A stretch of DNA of 64,000 bases. It comes from Chiloscyllium plagiosum (lineage: Eukaryota). Below, piece after piece: positions 13,540 through 26,301 of this stretch. The translations under genes and the position numbers were made by a program. Every line of letters starts with the position of its first letter. Positions within the stretch are counted from its first letter, which is position 1. The DNA is taken from the NCBI RefSeq assembly GCF_004010195.1, contig NC_057718.1, positions 100,344,425 through 100,408,424 on the forward strand, written 5' to 3'. The notes beneath the pieces were generated by a model. That model saw nothing but the letters and a program-made list of their open reading frames with translations, was not told the origin of the DNA and made no database searches.

Positions 13540-16500
13540 AAGAAATATCAGGAATAAGGTGATGAATTTGGAGCATGGATCAGTACTTGGAATTATGATG
13601 TGGCCATTATGGAGACTTGGATATCACAGGGACAGAAATTGTTGTTGGATGTTCCAGGGTTTAGATGTTTCAAAAGGAATAGAGGAGGAGGTAAGAGGTG
13701 GGGGAGTGGCATTGCTAATCAGATATAGTATCATACCTGCAGAAAGGGAGGTCATCGAGGAGTGTTTATCTACAGAGTCAGTACGGGTGGAAGTCAGAAA
13801 CAGGAAAGGGGCAGTTACTTTATTGGGAGTTTTGTATAGACCTCCCAGTAGTAATAGACACAGAGGAGCAGATTAGGAGGCAGATTTTTGAAAGGTGCAC
13901 CAGCAACAGGGTTGTTGTCATGGGTGACTTTAACTTCCCTAATATTGATTGGACCCTCCTTAGTTCAGATAGTTTGGATGGAGGAGTTTTTGTCAGCCGT
14001 GTCCAGGAAGGATTTCTGACTCTATGTAGGTAGGCCGACTAGAGGGGAGACCTTATTGGATTTGGTACTTGGCAATGACCCAGGCCAGGTGTCAGATCTC
14101 TTAGTGGGAGAGCGTTTCGGTGATAGTGATCACAACTCCCTGACCTTTACTATAGGAGCAGATGATTGGGAAAAGTATTTAAATGGGGGAGGGGGAATTA
14201 AGAGAGGGGTGCCAAAATTGGGATCAGATGTTCTCTGAAATGCATGCCAGAATGTGGAGGTTGTTTAGGGAGCACTTACTGATAGTGCTGGATAGGTTTG
14301 TCCCATTGAGGCAAGGAAAGGATGGTAGGGCAAAGGAATCTTGGGTCACAAGGGACGTGGAAAATCTAGTCAAGAGGAAGAAGGAAGCTTACTTAAGATT
14401 GAGGTAGTAAGGATCAGACAGGGCTCTAGAGCGTTATAAGGTAACCAGGAAAGAACTGAAGAATGGACTTGAGCTAGAAGGGGTCATGAAAAAGCTTTAG
14501 AAGGTGGGATTAAGGAAAACCCTTAGGCATTCTACACTTACGTGATAAACAAGAGGATGGTGAGAGTGAGGGTAGGGCTGATCAGGGATAGTAGAGGGAA
14601 CTTATGCCTGGAGTCAGAGGAAGTAGGGGAGGTCCTTAATGAATACTTTGTAGTATTCACAACTGAGAAGCACCTTGATGTTTGTGAGGACAGTGTCAAA
14701 TAGGTTGATGTTAAGAAGGAGGATGTGCTGAAACATTTTGATAGATAAGTCCCCTGGCCCAAGTTTTCTACAGGAAGTGAGGGGTTACACCCGAAACGTC
14801 GACTTCTCTACCATCTGATGCTGTCTGGTGTGCTGTGTTCTCCAGCCTCCTGCCCGTCTACTTAGGATGCAGAACTGGGCTGACAAGTGGCAGATGGAGT
14901 TCAATCTGGAAAAGTGTGAAGTGTTTCATTTTGGAATTTGAATACAGGATTAAAGGCAGGATTCTTGGCAGTGTGGAGGAACAGAGGGATCTTGGGGTCA
15001 ATGTCCATAGATCCCTCAAAGTTGCTGCTCAGGTTGACAGGGTTGTTAAGACGTACAGTGTGTTGGCTTTCATTTATAGGGGTATTGAGTTTTAACCCCT
15101 TACCCAGCAAAGACGAGTTAACTTGTCTTCACCCAATTTGTCTTTTTCAGAGTGCGACGAGTAAACTCGTCCAAAACACATAATTTCAAAAACAGGCACA
15201 GACGAGTTTATACGTCAATTCTCGGCATTTCTGTGCCCTTCTCAGCTAGAAACGAGTATACTCGGTGACTCATACGTCTGGTAGCTGTGTCTCTTCTGCC
15301 TCAGACATTGCAAGAAGCGTCGACGCACTGCTTTTGGGCACACACTGTCATTCGGTTTTTTCTGTTTTTGTTTTACAAATTACGCCCAGATGTTGAGCTC
15401 AGAAGGTGACAATGAGTATGAACCTTCTATTAGAAGCTTGGATACATCAGATGAGAGTGCAAGCTCGTCTGATAATGGCTATTCTCTCTCAAGTGAGGAG
15501 GAGGAGAAGGATGGACGAATTTAGTGTCGACATGTGGTGTTGGAAGAATGCATGCTTCCTCCACCACCACGCTTCCCATTCACTGGAAATCCTGAAATAT
15601 CAATTGATCAAGACACAGCTGATATGACTCCTTTGGATTTTTTTAGTCTTTTATGTGACAACAGAATTATTGATAGAGTTGTGGACAAAACTAATCGCTT
15701 TGCTGAACAAACTGGAGAAAGAGATTGTATGTGGTGCCCTGTAACAAAGGCAGAAATTTGTGTTTTTCACCTTGAAAATGCTTGGGGGTATTGTGAAAAT
15801 GCCAGATCAAGAAATGAACTGGTCGAAAGATGAACTACTTGAAAGACCAATTTTCTTTTGCCGAAAATGGTATCTTCAAAATAAAATTACAAGTAAAATA
15901 TTGGAAATAGATAAAAACAAAAGCTATTTCCATAATCAGCATTAAAAATACTATAAAAAAGCAATTAAAAAATTCATCTGGAAATGAAACGTTTTCTCCA
16001 AAAAAAGTCACCGGGAAAGGGGTTAAGAGCCATGAAGTTATGCTGTAGCTCTACACAGTCTTGATTAGCCCACACTTGAAGTATTGTGTTCAGTTCTGGT
16101 CGTGTCATTATACGAAGGGTGTGGAAGCTTTCGAGATGGTGCAGAGCAGATTTACCAGGATGCTGCCTGCACTGGAGGGCACATCTTATGAAGAAAGGTT
16201 GGTGGCACTAGGGCTTTTCTAATTGGAGCGAAGAATGGTGAAAGGTGACTTTTTAGCTTGATAGAGGTGTATAAGATGATGAGAGGCATAGATGAGTGAA
16301 TAGTCAAAGACTTTTTTCCCAGGGCAGAAATGGCTATCACGAGGGGGCATAATGTTAAGGTGATTGGTGGAACGTTTAGGGGAGATGTTGGAGGTCAGCT
16401 CATTACACAGAGTGGTGGGTGCGTGAAATGCACTGCCGGTGGTGGTGGTAGAGTCAGATACTTTAGAGACATCTAAGCGACTCTTGGATAGGCACATGGA

Positions 16501-16610
16501 TGATTGTAAAATGAAGGCAATGTTGGTTAGTTTGATCTTAGAGTAGGATAAAAGGTTGGCACAACATCGAGAGCTGAAGGGCCTGTACTGTGCTGTACTG
16601 TTCTATGTTA
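13540..16610 (+). mobile_element. Second CR1 LINE (APE domain to 3' tail, internally deleted) nested in the first and itself interrupted by piggyBac
   Basis: ORF 13559..13876 GGGVALLI…GVLYRPP and ORF 14056.. DLVLGN..SDHNSL are APE motifs. The tail ctgtactgttctatgtt lies at ~16600. Confidence 0.8.
15096..16022 (+). mobile_element. Internally deleted piggyBac DNA transposon (927 bp)
   Basis: TTAA at 15092-15095 and 16023-16026. TIRs CCCCTTACCCAG / CCGGGAAAGGGG (10/12 match). Frameshifted transposase N-terminal remnant TPLDFFSLL..VDKTNRFA..WCPVTKAEI..F / GIVKMP…WSKD.LL.RPIF. Confidence 0.9.
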
Positions 16611-17523
16611 GCTAGTTTTGAAAAGATTTGTTCTATGTTTTATACTCTGTTCTAAACCTCCTCTGGACATTCTCCAGCACTAAATGCACTTAAAACCCAT
16701 GGCCCTGATGGCTTACATCCTAGGATCGTAAAAGAGTTAGGTACAGAGGTAGTGAACATATTGTAATTTTCTAAAAATCATCGGATTCTGGAAGAATACG
16801 AGAGGCGTGGAAAACTGCTAATCTGATTCAAAAAGGGAGGGAGGCAGAAAGCAAGTAACTACAGGCCGATTAGCCTAATATCTATTGTTTAAAAAGTTAT
16901 TGGAATCCATGGTTAAGGAAGTAATAGCACATTTGGAAATATTCTAATCAAGCAGAGTCAAATTACTTCATGAAAGGGAAATCATATCTTCTTCAAAAAA
17001 CTAGAATAAATTAGTAAGTCTCAACCAGAGTGGGTAGAGAAGAATCATTTACTGTGTTTTATTTGGACTTCCAGAAAGTGTTCGACTAGGTAATTCACAA
17101 AAGGTTAAGTCACAAAAGAAGAGTCCATGATGTTGGAGCTAGTATATTGGCATGAATAGAGAATTGACTAATGGGCAGTCAGTGAGTGGGGTAAGGGGTT
17201 CTTTTTCAGGTTGGTGACCAGTGGGGTTCCACCGGGATCAGTGCTGCCAATCAACAAATTTGCAGACAACACAAAAATAATTGAAAAGGCAGGTTGCAAC
17301 AGGGGTGCAAACAGTTTACAGGGAGATATCAATAGGTTAAGTAAGTGGGCAAAAATTTTGGTAAATGGACTATAATGTGGGAAAATAGGGAGAACAAAAG
17401 AATATTATTTAAATGGACCAAAACTGCAAAACGTTACAACATGAAAGAACTTGGGGAGGTTACTTGTATATGAAATACAAAGCTAGCATAGAGGAGCAGT
17501 GGGTAATCAGGAAGGCTAATGGA

Positions 17524-17731
17524 TTAGGTGGAGGTGGGTACTGCAGATGCTGGAGATTAGGGTCAAGATTAGAGTGGTGCTGGAAAAGGCAACATTCAAG
17601 GAGCAGGAAAATCGATATTTCAGGCAAAAGCCCTTCATCAAGAACCCTTCCTGATGAAGGCCTTTTGCCCGAAATATCGATTTTCCTACTCCTTGAATGC
17701 TGCCTGACCCGCTGTGCTTTTCCAGCACCAG
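17524..17731. mobile_element. Palindromic PLE-terminus insertion with two inverted, decayed hammerhead motifs
   Basis: Inverted repeat ~17574-17731, CTGATGA at 17651. Flanked by the imperfect duplication gtaatca(gg)aaggctaatgga. Confidence 0.75.
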
Positions 17732-17981
17732 TGTAATCAAGGCTAATGGAATGTTGATCCTTATTTCAAGGGGGTTGAAGTATAAGAGTAGGATGGTTTT
17801 ACTGTAGCTGTAGAACATGCTGGTGAGATCACATCTGAGGTACTGAGTACTTTTCGTACACTTATTTTAAGAAAATATGTTATTTCATTGGAGGCAGTTC
17901 AAAAAAGTTTGAGGATCCCTGCTATTGAGGGATTGTCTTATGAGCAAAGGTTAAACAGGTTGGGACTGTACTCACTGGAGT

Positions 17982-18173
17982 CGAAAAGCATGGCACTGGA
18001 AAAACACAGCAGGTCAGGCAGCTTCGAAGAGCAACAGAATCGATGTTTCAGGCATAAGATGAAGAGCTTATGCCCGAAACATCGATTCACCTGTTCATTG
18101 GATGCTGCTTGACCACCTGTGCTTTTCCAGTACCATGTTTTTTTACTCTGATTCTCCAGTCCTCACTTTCTCC
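17982..18173. mobile_element. Palindromic PLE-terminus insertion with 16-bp TSD
   Basis: CTGTACTCACTGGAGT at 17966-17981 and 18174-18189. Confidence 0.85.
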
Positions 18174-20639
18174 CTGTACTCACTGGAGTTTAGAAGGTCA
18201 GATGATCCTGTTGAAACACATGGAATTCTTAAGGGTAAATGTCTTAAGCTTGATAGTGAGAAGATGTTTCCCCTCATGGGAGAGTCCAGGACCAGAGGAC
18301 ATTGTCTCAGAATAAAGGAGTACCAATTTCTCAAAAGTTGTGTCTTTGGAACTCCTTGCTACAGAGAGCTGTGGGGGTAGAGTCTTTGTGTATTCTTAAG
18401 GTTGAGATAGATTGTTGATCGGTAGAGGAATCAAGGGTTTTGTGGAAAATACAGGCCAAGTGGATTAGTGTGTCGGATCAGCCATGATCCTACTGAATGG
18501 TGGAGCAGACTTAAGGGGCTGAATGGCCTACTCCTGTTACTATTTCTTGGGTCTTAAAACACTCTATCTCGTTTACTTCCTTTAAGACACTCCTTAAAAA
18601 CTATCTCCTTTGACCAAGATTTTAGTTATCTCCTAAAACCACCTGATGTGCCATGATATCACATTACATTTTAGATTGATCCTGGCCTAAGCACAGAGGC
18701 CTCAGCCAGTTGTTCGGCCCTGATGCCCCTTCTGTGCTCTGTCAAGAGGTGATGATTGAACGGTTCTTGAAGCAAATTAGGTTACGGGGCTTCAGGGTTT
18801 TGGATGAGGTCAGGTTTTTATAGAGTGGTGAGTGGGAGAGCAGTCAGGAGTGCATCGAAATAATCAGCTCTAGGGGAAACCATTGAGATGAGGTTTCTCC
18901 TTCCAATTGTGTTTGCCTTTTTTAAAAAAAAACATACAAGACCATTGCCTGCCCCAGCCCGCCCTAATTAAACTGGGCGTGTTGGTATGAGAGAGTAACC
19001 TAAAATTGCTCATGTATCTTTGCAGTTTTCCTCTAGCTTATTCAAGTTAACAGAATATGTTTGGGATGCCTACTCTGTTTGCAATCAACATCTCAAGGAA
19101 ATAGAATTCCTCTTTACTCAAGATAAAACAGGGATTCTGACGAGGCTAAAGCAACAGCAGGTTTACAGGCATTCAGAAGTGAATAAATTATTCCTTCGAC
19201 ACAGTGTGAAAACGCTTGTAGATGTATAGGATGTCAAAATTACTCATTGCGTGGAAAGGAATGTAGCAGGACTGGCTAGACATGGTGCGGCTTAAGCAGT
19301 TACAACACAAAACATTGAATGGAAGTGGGTGAGGCGAGTTAAAGGCACACTATGAACTGATATTCAGATTTGGCAGCGAAAGGGAGTGCTCTGCTAGTCT
19401 TGGCAGGGGCTTCTGTGTTGGGGATACATCTTGTCTTACAACTGCTGGAGGACACCTCCTACGGTGATGTTAGTTGAGACACACTTCAGCCTGCTTAAGT
19501 CACCTCACCTTTCCAGTCTAGACTGAAGCAGGACTTTAATATAAGAAATATAATAGTGATGGGAGATGATCATATCATCAAGAGGAATGCTGAAGTAAGC
19601 CCGAATGACTTAAATTATCCATTTATGTGAACAACTAATTTCTCCCTAGACTTGATTTGCACAAGATTGTGAATGGAAAATTTATTTTTTCTTTCAGTTG
19701 AATCTAGTCACAAAATGTGGAAAAAAAAATAATATTCTAATTGGTTTATAAGTGATGCTTACAGGATAGAAATATCCTGAAAAACTGGCTGCAAAATATA
19801 AGCCGTTAACCAGCTCAGAGTCCCGTTTTCACAATTTTTTTGATGATTATCAAAGAGATGATCTGTTTCTCTCCCCACAGGGCAGCCAGACCTGCTGACC
19901 TTCTCTGGTACTTCCTGTTTCTAGTTTAGATCTCCAGGATCTGCAATACTTTGCTTTTGAGATGATCTTCCATATTCACAATATTCAACCTTTTTTAACA
20001 TGAGAAACATCCTCAACAAGCAAAACCTGATTGAGTGTTGCAGGGTTTGAAGAAAGTAGGAGAGGTGACCAAAAACTGAGTCAATGGTTTTGAGAAATAT
20101 CTATAAAGGAGAAAACATAGAGGTTTAAGAGGCGAGTTCCAAAGTAGCCAAGCAGCTACCATTGCATCCATCAATGGTAGAACGATTAAGACAGGGGATG
20201 CTCAAGAGGCTGGAATTAGAGGAGCAAGATATCGCAGCACAATTGCTAAAGAGGATTGCAGAGATAGTTCGGGGCGAGGTCTCAGATGGATTTCAAAAAT
20301 AAACTTGAGGTTTTTAAAATCAAAGTGGTGTCGGACAATGAGTCAATGTAAGTCAGCAAACAAGAGATGATGGTCAAGTGAAATTTAATGGGACTTTGGG
20401 CTCATATTGCATGTAATTTTGCAGGTATTCACACATAAAACAAGAAACATTTTCTAAGATGAATTATGAAAGTCAGTTTTTGGAATTGCCAAGTGAAGTT
20501 TCCTGGAATGAAACTGGAGATCATTCCGTTCTGCGCCGCGACATGAAATATTTGCAAAGCTTAATGGTGAAGGAAGTACATTGGAGGATAAGTTGTTAAG
20601 AAAAATTAAAATTCTACAATAGGTAGCATTTTTTATGAC

Positions 20640-21630
20640 TTCCATAAAAACAGACCTTTGGTCCAACTCGTCCATGCTGACCAGATATCTATTTGGCCCA
20701 TATCCCTCTAAACCCTTCCCATTAGTATTACCATCCAAATGCCTTTTAAATGTTGTCATTGTACAAGCCTCCACCATTTCTCCTGGTAGCTCATTCCATA
20801 CACGCACCACCCTCCATACGGAAAAGTTGCCCCTTAGGTTCCTTTTTAAATCTTTCCCCATTTACCTTAAATCTATGCTGTCTAGTTTTGGACTGCCTGA
20901 CCAGGAGGAAAAAACCTTGGCGTTTCACCTTATCCATGCCCCTCATTTTATAAACCTCTATAAGGTCACCTCTCATCCTCCACACCTGGGCAAATAGCCC
21001 TAGTCTATTCAGCCTCTGCCTATAACTCAATCCCTCCAACCCTGGCAACATCGTTGTAAATTTTTTTTGAACCCTGTCAAGTTTTACAACACCCTATAGC
21101 AGAGAGAACAGAATTGAATGCAGTATTCCAAAAATGGCCAGCCAATGTCGTGTACAGCCATAGAATAACCTCCCAACTCCGATAAACAAGGCACTGACCA
21201 ATAAAGGCAAGCATACCAAACACTGCCTTCATTACACTATTTACTCCACTTCCAAGGTCTCTTTGTTCAGTAACACACCCTAGGACCTTAACATTAAGTG
21301 TATAAGTTCTAACCTGATTTGCCTTTCCAAAACGTAGCACCTCACATTTGTCTACATGAAATTCCATCTGCCACTCTTCGGCCCATTGGTCCATCTGATC
21401 AAGGTCAGGTTGTACTTTGAGGTAACCTTCTTCGCTGCCCACTACACCACCAAGTTTGGTGTCATCTGCAAAGTTACTAACTACGCTTCCTACATTCACA
21501 TCCAAATCAGTTACTTAAGTGACAAAAAGCAGTGGACCAACCACTGAGCCTTTACAGCAAATCTCTAATCACAGGCCTCCAGTGCGAAAAGGAACCCTTC
21601 CACCACCACTGTGTCGTACCTTCGAGCTAA
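20640..21630 (-). mobile_element. CR1 LINE 3' ~1 kb
   Basis: ORF 21077..21505 FADDTKLGG…WQMEF..DKC and ORF 20791..21051 MLPGLEGLSY..RL.RLGL. Confidence 0.9.
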
Positions 21631-22429
21631 TTTAGTCTCCAACCAATGATGTTTCTTTGAAGTTTTCAGACACTATCCCAATGTAAGAAACATGGCAGCC
21701 AATCAGTCCACTGCAAGCTCCCACAAACAATGATGAGCTAATGATCAGATCATTGTGGTGTGGATTGAGGGGTGAATATTGGCCCAGAACACTGGGGAGA
21801 AGTTGCAAAGAAAAATACTTTGGATTCTTGAAATTTGAAATAGAAGCAAAAATGCTGCAGAAGTCTGGCAACTTCTGTGCAAAGAGAAACAGAATTAACA
21901 TTTCAAGTTGATATTTTGAACAAGGATAGGGGTTGCGGGAGGACAAGGGAGGCTTGTGACAAGTGGAAAGGCAACATTTCTGTGCCTCAGTCTCTCCTGT
22001 CTTTGACTCTGTCACAGACTTTTCATAGAATCCTAACAGTGGTGGAAGTATGCCATTCAACCCATTGAATCAATACCAACCCTCTGAAGAGCATCCCACC
22101 CAGAACCACCTCCCTTCCTTAACCCTATAATTTGACATTTCCTGTGGCTAATCCACCTAACCCTCACATTGTTGGACGTAGAGAGGAAACTATGTTTTGC
22201 CCTTATCCTACTACCCCTTTCCGTAAACCAATTTTATATCTAACTGAAGTCTCTGGAGTGGGACTTGAAGACCACATTGTCCTGACTCAAAAGGATTGTG
22301 TGCTACACATTGAGCTACAGGAAGTTGAATTTGCAAACACTGCTGTCTGAGATTTTGATAGGTGTGACTGAAGAATGTCACTGTGGTAGAAAGCATGTCA
22401 AATCTGACCTTAAGATCACTGCCATCAGT

Positions 22430-22712
22430 TATAAAGCCTTAAGTTATCTCCAGAAGGTGACTTAAAAGAAATTCTGGGATTTACACACTAATGAAAACTG
22501 CAACCCATCTGAAAAGATGAAAGACTTAATAACAACCCAGCTTTGTTCAAATATATCATTTGAGCTTTATGATACTGTAATCTTTTGCTATTAATTCTAT
22601 GTCTTATGGTCTTCTCCACAACCACCTGATGAAGGAGCAGTGCTCCGAAAGATAGTGCTTCCAAATAAACCCATTGGACTAGAACCTCGTGTTGTGTGAT
22701 TTTTAAGTTTGC
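22430..22712 (+). mobile_element. PLE family 2 3' terminal fragment with hammerhead motif
   Basis: cacCTGATGAaggagcagtgctccGAAAgatagtg at 22623-22657, followed by the family tail ttggacta.aacct.gtgttgtgtgatttt. Homologous to 33617-34010 (-). Confidence 0.7.
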
Positions 22713-23703
22713 CATCTGTGGGTGATGGGATTGTGATCAGTCCTACTTCCTGATCCCATGCCCCCCTTTGAATTGTTATAGTGCAGAGGGAGACAGTTTG
22801 ATAGGTCATTTCACCACTGTTCTGAGAAAATCACTTCAATTTCTTTCTGTGCTTCAAGTGAAAGCTGATGGTAATACCACTCAGAGAAATGTGCCTCCAA
22901 AGAAGTTGACATGTGATTGAGATCAGAGAGCATCAGCTCACTGTGGGTGTGACCAGTGACATAGCCACAGCTCCTGAAGCTGCAGTGACAGTGTTGGCTA
23001 TGAAAAAGGCACTTGAGTTCAACAATTTCAGATCATAGCTACTTGCCCTCTATTTTTTCTAAACAGCAGCTGTTGATTTTGCTTTCTGCCTTTCATTATT
23101 GTCCTATCTTTTGCCTAGTGCTGCCTCTTGTCATTTAATCTCCCCTGCCTTCCACCTTACCACTGCCCTTCCATTTGGTCTCTCCCATCCCCCACACTCT
23201 CACCCTGCCTCTGCATGAGCTTGAAGCCTATCATATCTCAAACTTTTTTGTAGTGTTGATTAAAGGGTATCCTCTTGTAATATTGTTTTAAAAATCACAC
23301 AATACCAGGTTATAGTGCAACTGGTTTCTGCTTTCTCTTCCATAGAAAAAAAATTAATTGATTCGCCAACTTTAAGGACATTTGGATAAATATATGGATG
23401 AAAATGGAATAGTGAATAATTGGTTCCACAGTGCTGCACAACATCGAGGGCCGAAGGGCCTGAACTGCACTGTAATGTTCTATAGTCTAGGTTTATTTGG
23501 AAGTACAGTACTAGCTTTCAGTACTGCTCCTTCATCAGGTAGCTAATGGGGCAGGATCATATGACACAAAATTTATAGCAAAAGATCGTAGTGTCATACT
23601 ACTGATGTGATATATGATCCTGCCCCATGAGCTACTTGGTGAGGGAGCAGCTCTTCAAAAGTTAGTACTTCCAAATAAACTTGTTGGACTATAACCTGGT
23701 GTT

Positions 23704-25748
23704 GAGTGTTTGGTGCTGGAAAAGCACAGCAAGTCAGGCAGCATCTGAGGAGCAGGAGAATCGATGTTTCGGGCATAAGCCCTTCGTCAGGAAAGAGGCT
23801 TGTGTGCCAAGGGAGCTGAGATAAATGGGAGGTGGTGGGGGATGGGGCAGGGTGAGGAAGGTAGCTGAGAATGCAATAGGTAGACGAAGGTGGGGGAGAA
23901 GGTGATAAGGCAGAGAGGAGAGTGGAGCGGATAGGTGGGAAAGAAGATGGACAGATCAAGAGGGCAGTCGGTGCTGAGTTAGAGGTTTGGGACTGAGATG
24001 ATGGAGAAGGGCGATGAGGAAACTGGTGAAATCTACAATAATCTCGTGTGGTTGGAGGCGTTCTTCCTCTAGGCATCAGGTGGTTAGGGTTTGTCAATGG
24101 AGGAGGCCTAGAACCTGCACATCCTTGGTGAAGTGGGAGGGGAGTTGAAGTGTGCAGCCACGGGACGGTGAGGTTGGTTGGAGCGGGTGTCCCAGAGATG
24201 TTCTCTGAAATGATCCGCAAGTTGGCGTCCTGTCTCTACAATGTAGAGGAGACTACATCGGATGCAACGGATACAGTAGATGATATTGGTGGAAGTACAG
24301 GTAAATTTCTGTCGGATGTGCAAGGATCCTTTGGGGCCTTGGACAGAGGTGAGCGGGGGATGTTTGGGCGCAGATTTTGCACTTCTTGCTATGGCAGGGG
24401 AACGTGCCAGGAGTTCGGTGTGGGCTGGTGGGGGGATGTGGCGTGGATCTGACAAGGGAATTGCAGAGGAACAGTCTCTCCAAAAGGCTGATAGGGTGCG
24501 GAGGGAAATATATCCCTAGTGGTGGGGTTTGTTTGTAGGTGGCTGAAGTGGCAGAGGATAACGCAATGTATTCCGAGGTTGGTGGGGTAGAAGGCGATGA
24601 CCGGAGAGTTCTGTCCTTATTGCGTTGGGAGAAGTGGGGTTTAATGTCGGAGGTGCGCTGGAGGTACTGTCGACCACATGGGAGGAGAATTTGTAGCCTT
24701 TGAAGGAGGAGGCCATCTGGGATTTCCTGTGGTGAAATTGGTCATCCTGGGAACATGCAGCAGAGGAATTGGGAATAAGGGATGGTGTTTTTACAGAAGG
24801 CAGGGTAGGAGGAAATGTAGTCCAGGTAGCTGTGGGAGTTGGTGGGTTTGTAGTAGATGTCAGTCGGTCGGAGATAGAGAGGGAGAGGTCCAGGAAGGGG
24901 AGGGGATGGATGGAGATGGAAAAGTCCAGGAAGGGGAGGGAGATCCCACCAATACTGATGTATTTCCATCTCCACACCAATCAGCATTTTGGAGAGACCA
25001 TTCTCTCCTCGACTCCCTTGTCAGATCCACGCCCTCCCCACCAGCCCACACCCCACTCCCAGCATGTTAACTGCCATCGCAAGAAGTGCAAAACCTGCAC
25101 CCACACCTACCCCTCTCAACTCTGTCCAAGGGCCCAAAGGATCCTTGCACATCTGACAGAAATTTACCTGTACTTCCACCAATTTCATCTGCTGAATCCA
25201 TTGCATCCGATATGGGTTGGGGAGAGGGGATGCCAACTTGCAGATCGTTTCAGAGAACATCTCTGGGACACCCCACCACTTCAACTCCCCCTCTCACTCT
25301 GTCAAGGACATGCAGATCTAGGGCCGCCTCCATCCCCCAACCCTAACGCCCGGAGAAAGAATGCCTCATCTTCTGCAACCACATGGAATTAATGTGGATT
25401 TCACCAGTTTCCTCCTTTCCCCATCCCTACCTTATCCCAGTTCCAAGCCTCCAACTCGGCACTGACCTGTCCATCATCTTTCCCATCTATCCGCTCCACC
25501 CTCCTCTCTGACCTATCGCCTTCTCCCCCACCTTCATCCATCTTTCCCACTCTCAGCTACCTTCCACCAAGCCCCACCTCCCTCCCATTTATCTCTCAGC
25601 CCCCTTGGCCCACAAGCCTCATTCCTGATGAAGGGCTATACCCAAAACGTCAAGTCTCCTGTTCCTCAGATGCTGCCTGACTTCCTAAGCTTTTCCAGCG
25701 CCACACTCTTGATTCTGATCTCTAGCTTCTGCAGTCCTCACTTTCTTC
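23704..25748. mobile_element. Neptune-type Penelope insertion with inverted arms (- arm ~23704-24930, + arm ~24942-25748), nested in a family 2 palindromic element (23291-23703 plus ~25750-25815)
   Basis: ORF 24108..24455 gives the GIY-YIG remnant NIIYCIRCIRCSLLYIVETGRQLADHFREH, and ORF 24253..24483 gives the Cys linker PCHSKKCKIC. Hammerhead motifs at 23762-23790 (-) and 25625-25651 (+, decayed). Confidence 0.85.
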
Positions 25749-26122
25749 TTATAGCCTTGTGTTTTGTCATTTTTAACTTTGTCCACCCCAATCCAACACA
25801 GGCTTCTCCACATCTTGTAATATTGGTGTGGGAAGAGTGAGCACACCCAGTAGTGCTCTACGACCCCAGGCAGAGCACCAGAGACTGATGTGCCATAGCA
25901 GCACTCCTAATCCAGATGACACTCCACTGAATGTTCATCACCATAGCGACAGCCTACTGTGTTACAAGGCAGAAGACCACCCCAGTTCTTTGTTCTCAAC
26001 TTTTGCTGTGCTTGTTGTTAGTGATTGCCTGACCTTGGGCTATGGGCCTCTACTCTGGCCACAGGAAAGAAAAAGCCAGGAGCTTTCCATTGCTCTTCTC
26101 TCCTTGTCCTCCTCCTTTAAAA

Positions 26123-26301
26123 GGAGAAAGTGAGGTCTACAGATGCTGGAGATCAGAGCTGGAAATGTGTTGCTGGAAAAGCGCAGCAGGTCAGGCAGCA
26201 TCCAGGGAACAGGAGAAGAAGGGCTTATGCCCGAAACGTCGATTCTCCTGTTCCCTGGATGCTGCCTGACCTGCTGCGCTTTTCCAGCAACACATTTCCA
26301 G
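26123..26301. mobile_element. Short palindromic PLE-terminus insertion with 14-bp TSD
   Basis: CTCCTCCTTTAAAA at 26109-26122 and 26302-26315. Near-identical to 11636-11811 in opposite orientation. Confidence 0.85.

Larger units (their letters stand above)
12860..18555 (+). mobile_element. Older CR1 LINE (12860-~13293, resuming ~16690-18555) interrupted by several nested insertions
   Basis: CR1 RT-like text breaks after ..aggaggctaaa and resumes at ..ggccctgatggcttacatcctagg (PGPDG.HPR-like). The 3' tail ggctgaatggcctactcctg lies at ~18520. Confidence 0.7.

Noticed and set aside
15112..15266. CRISPR-like look of spaced palindromic repeats
   Set aside because: Only four degenerate 16-bp units, located inside a piggyBac end in vertebrate DNA, with no cas genes.
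23594..25392. Longest ORFs (208 aa and 207 aa) as host genes
   Set aside because: Off-frame or antisense readings of decayed Penelope arms.
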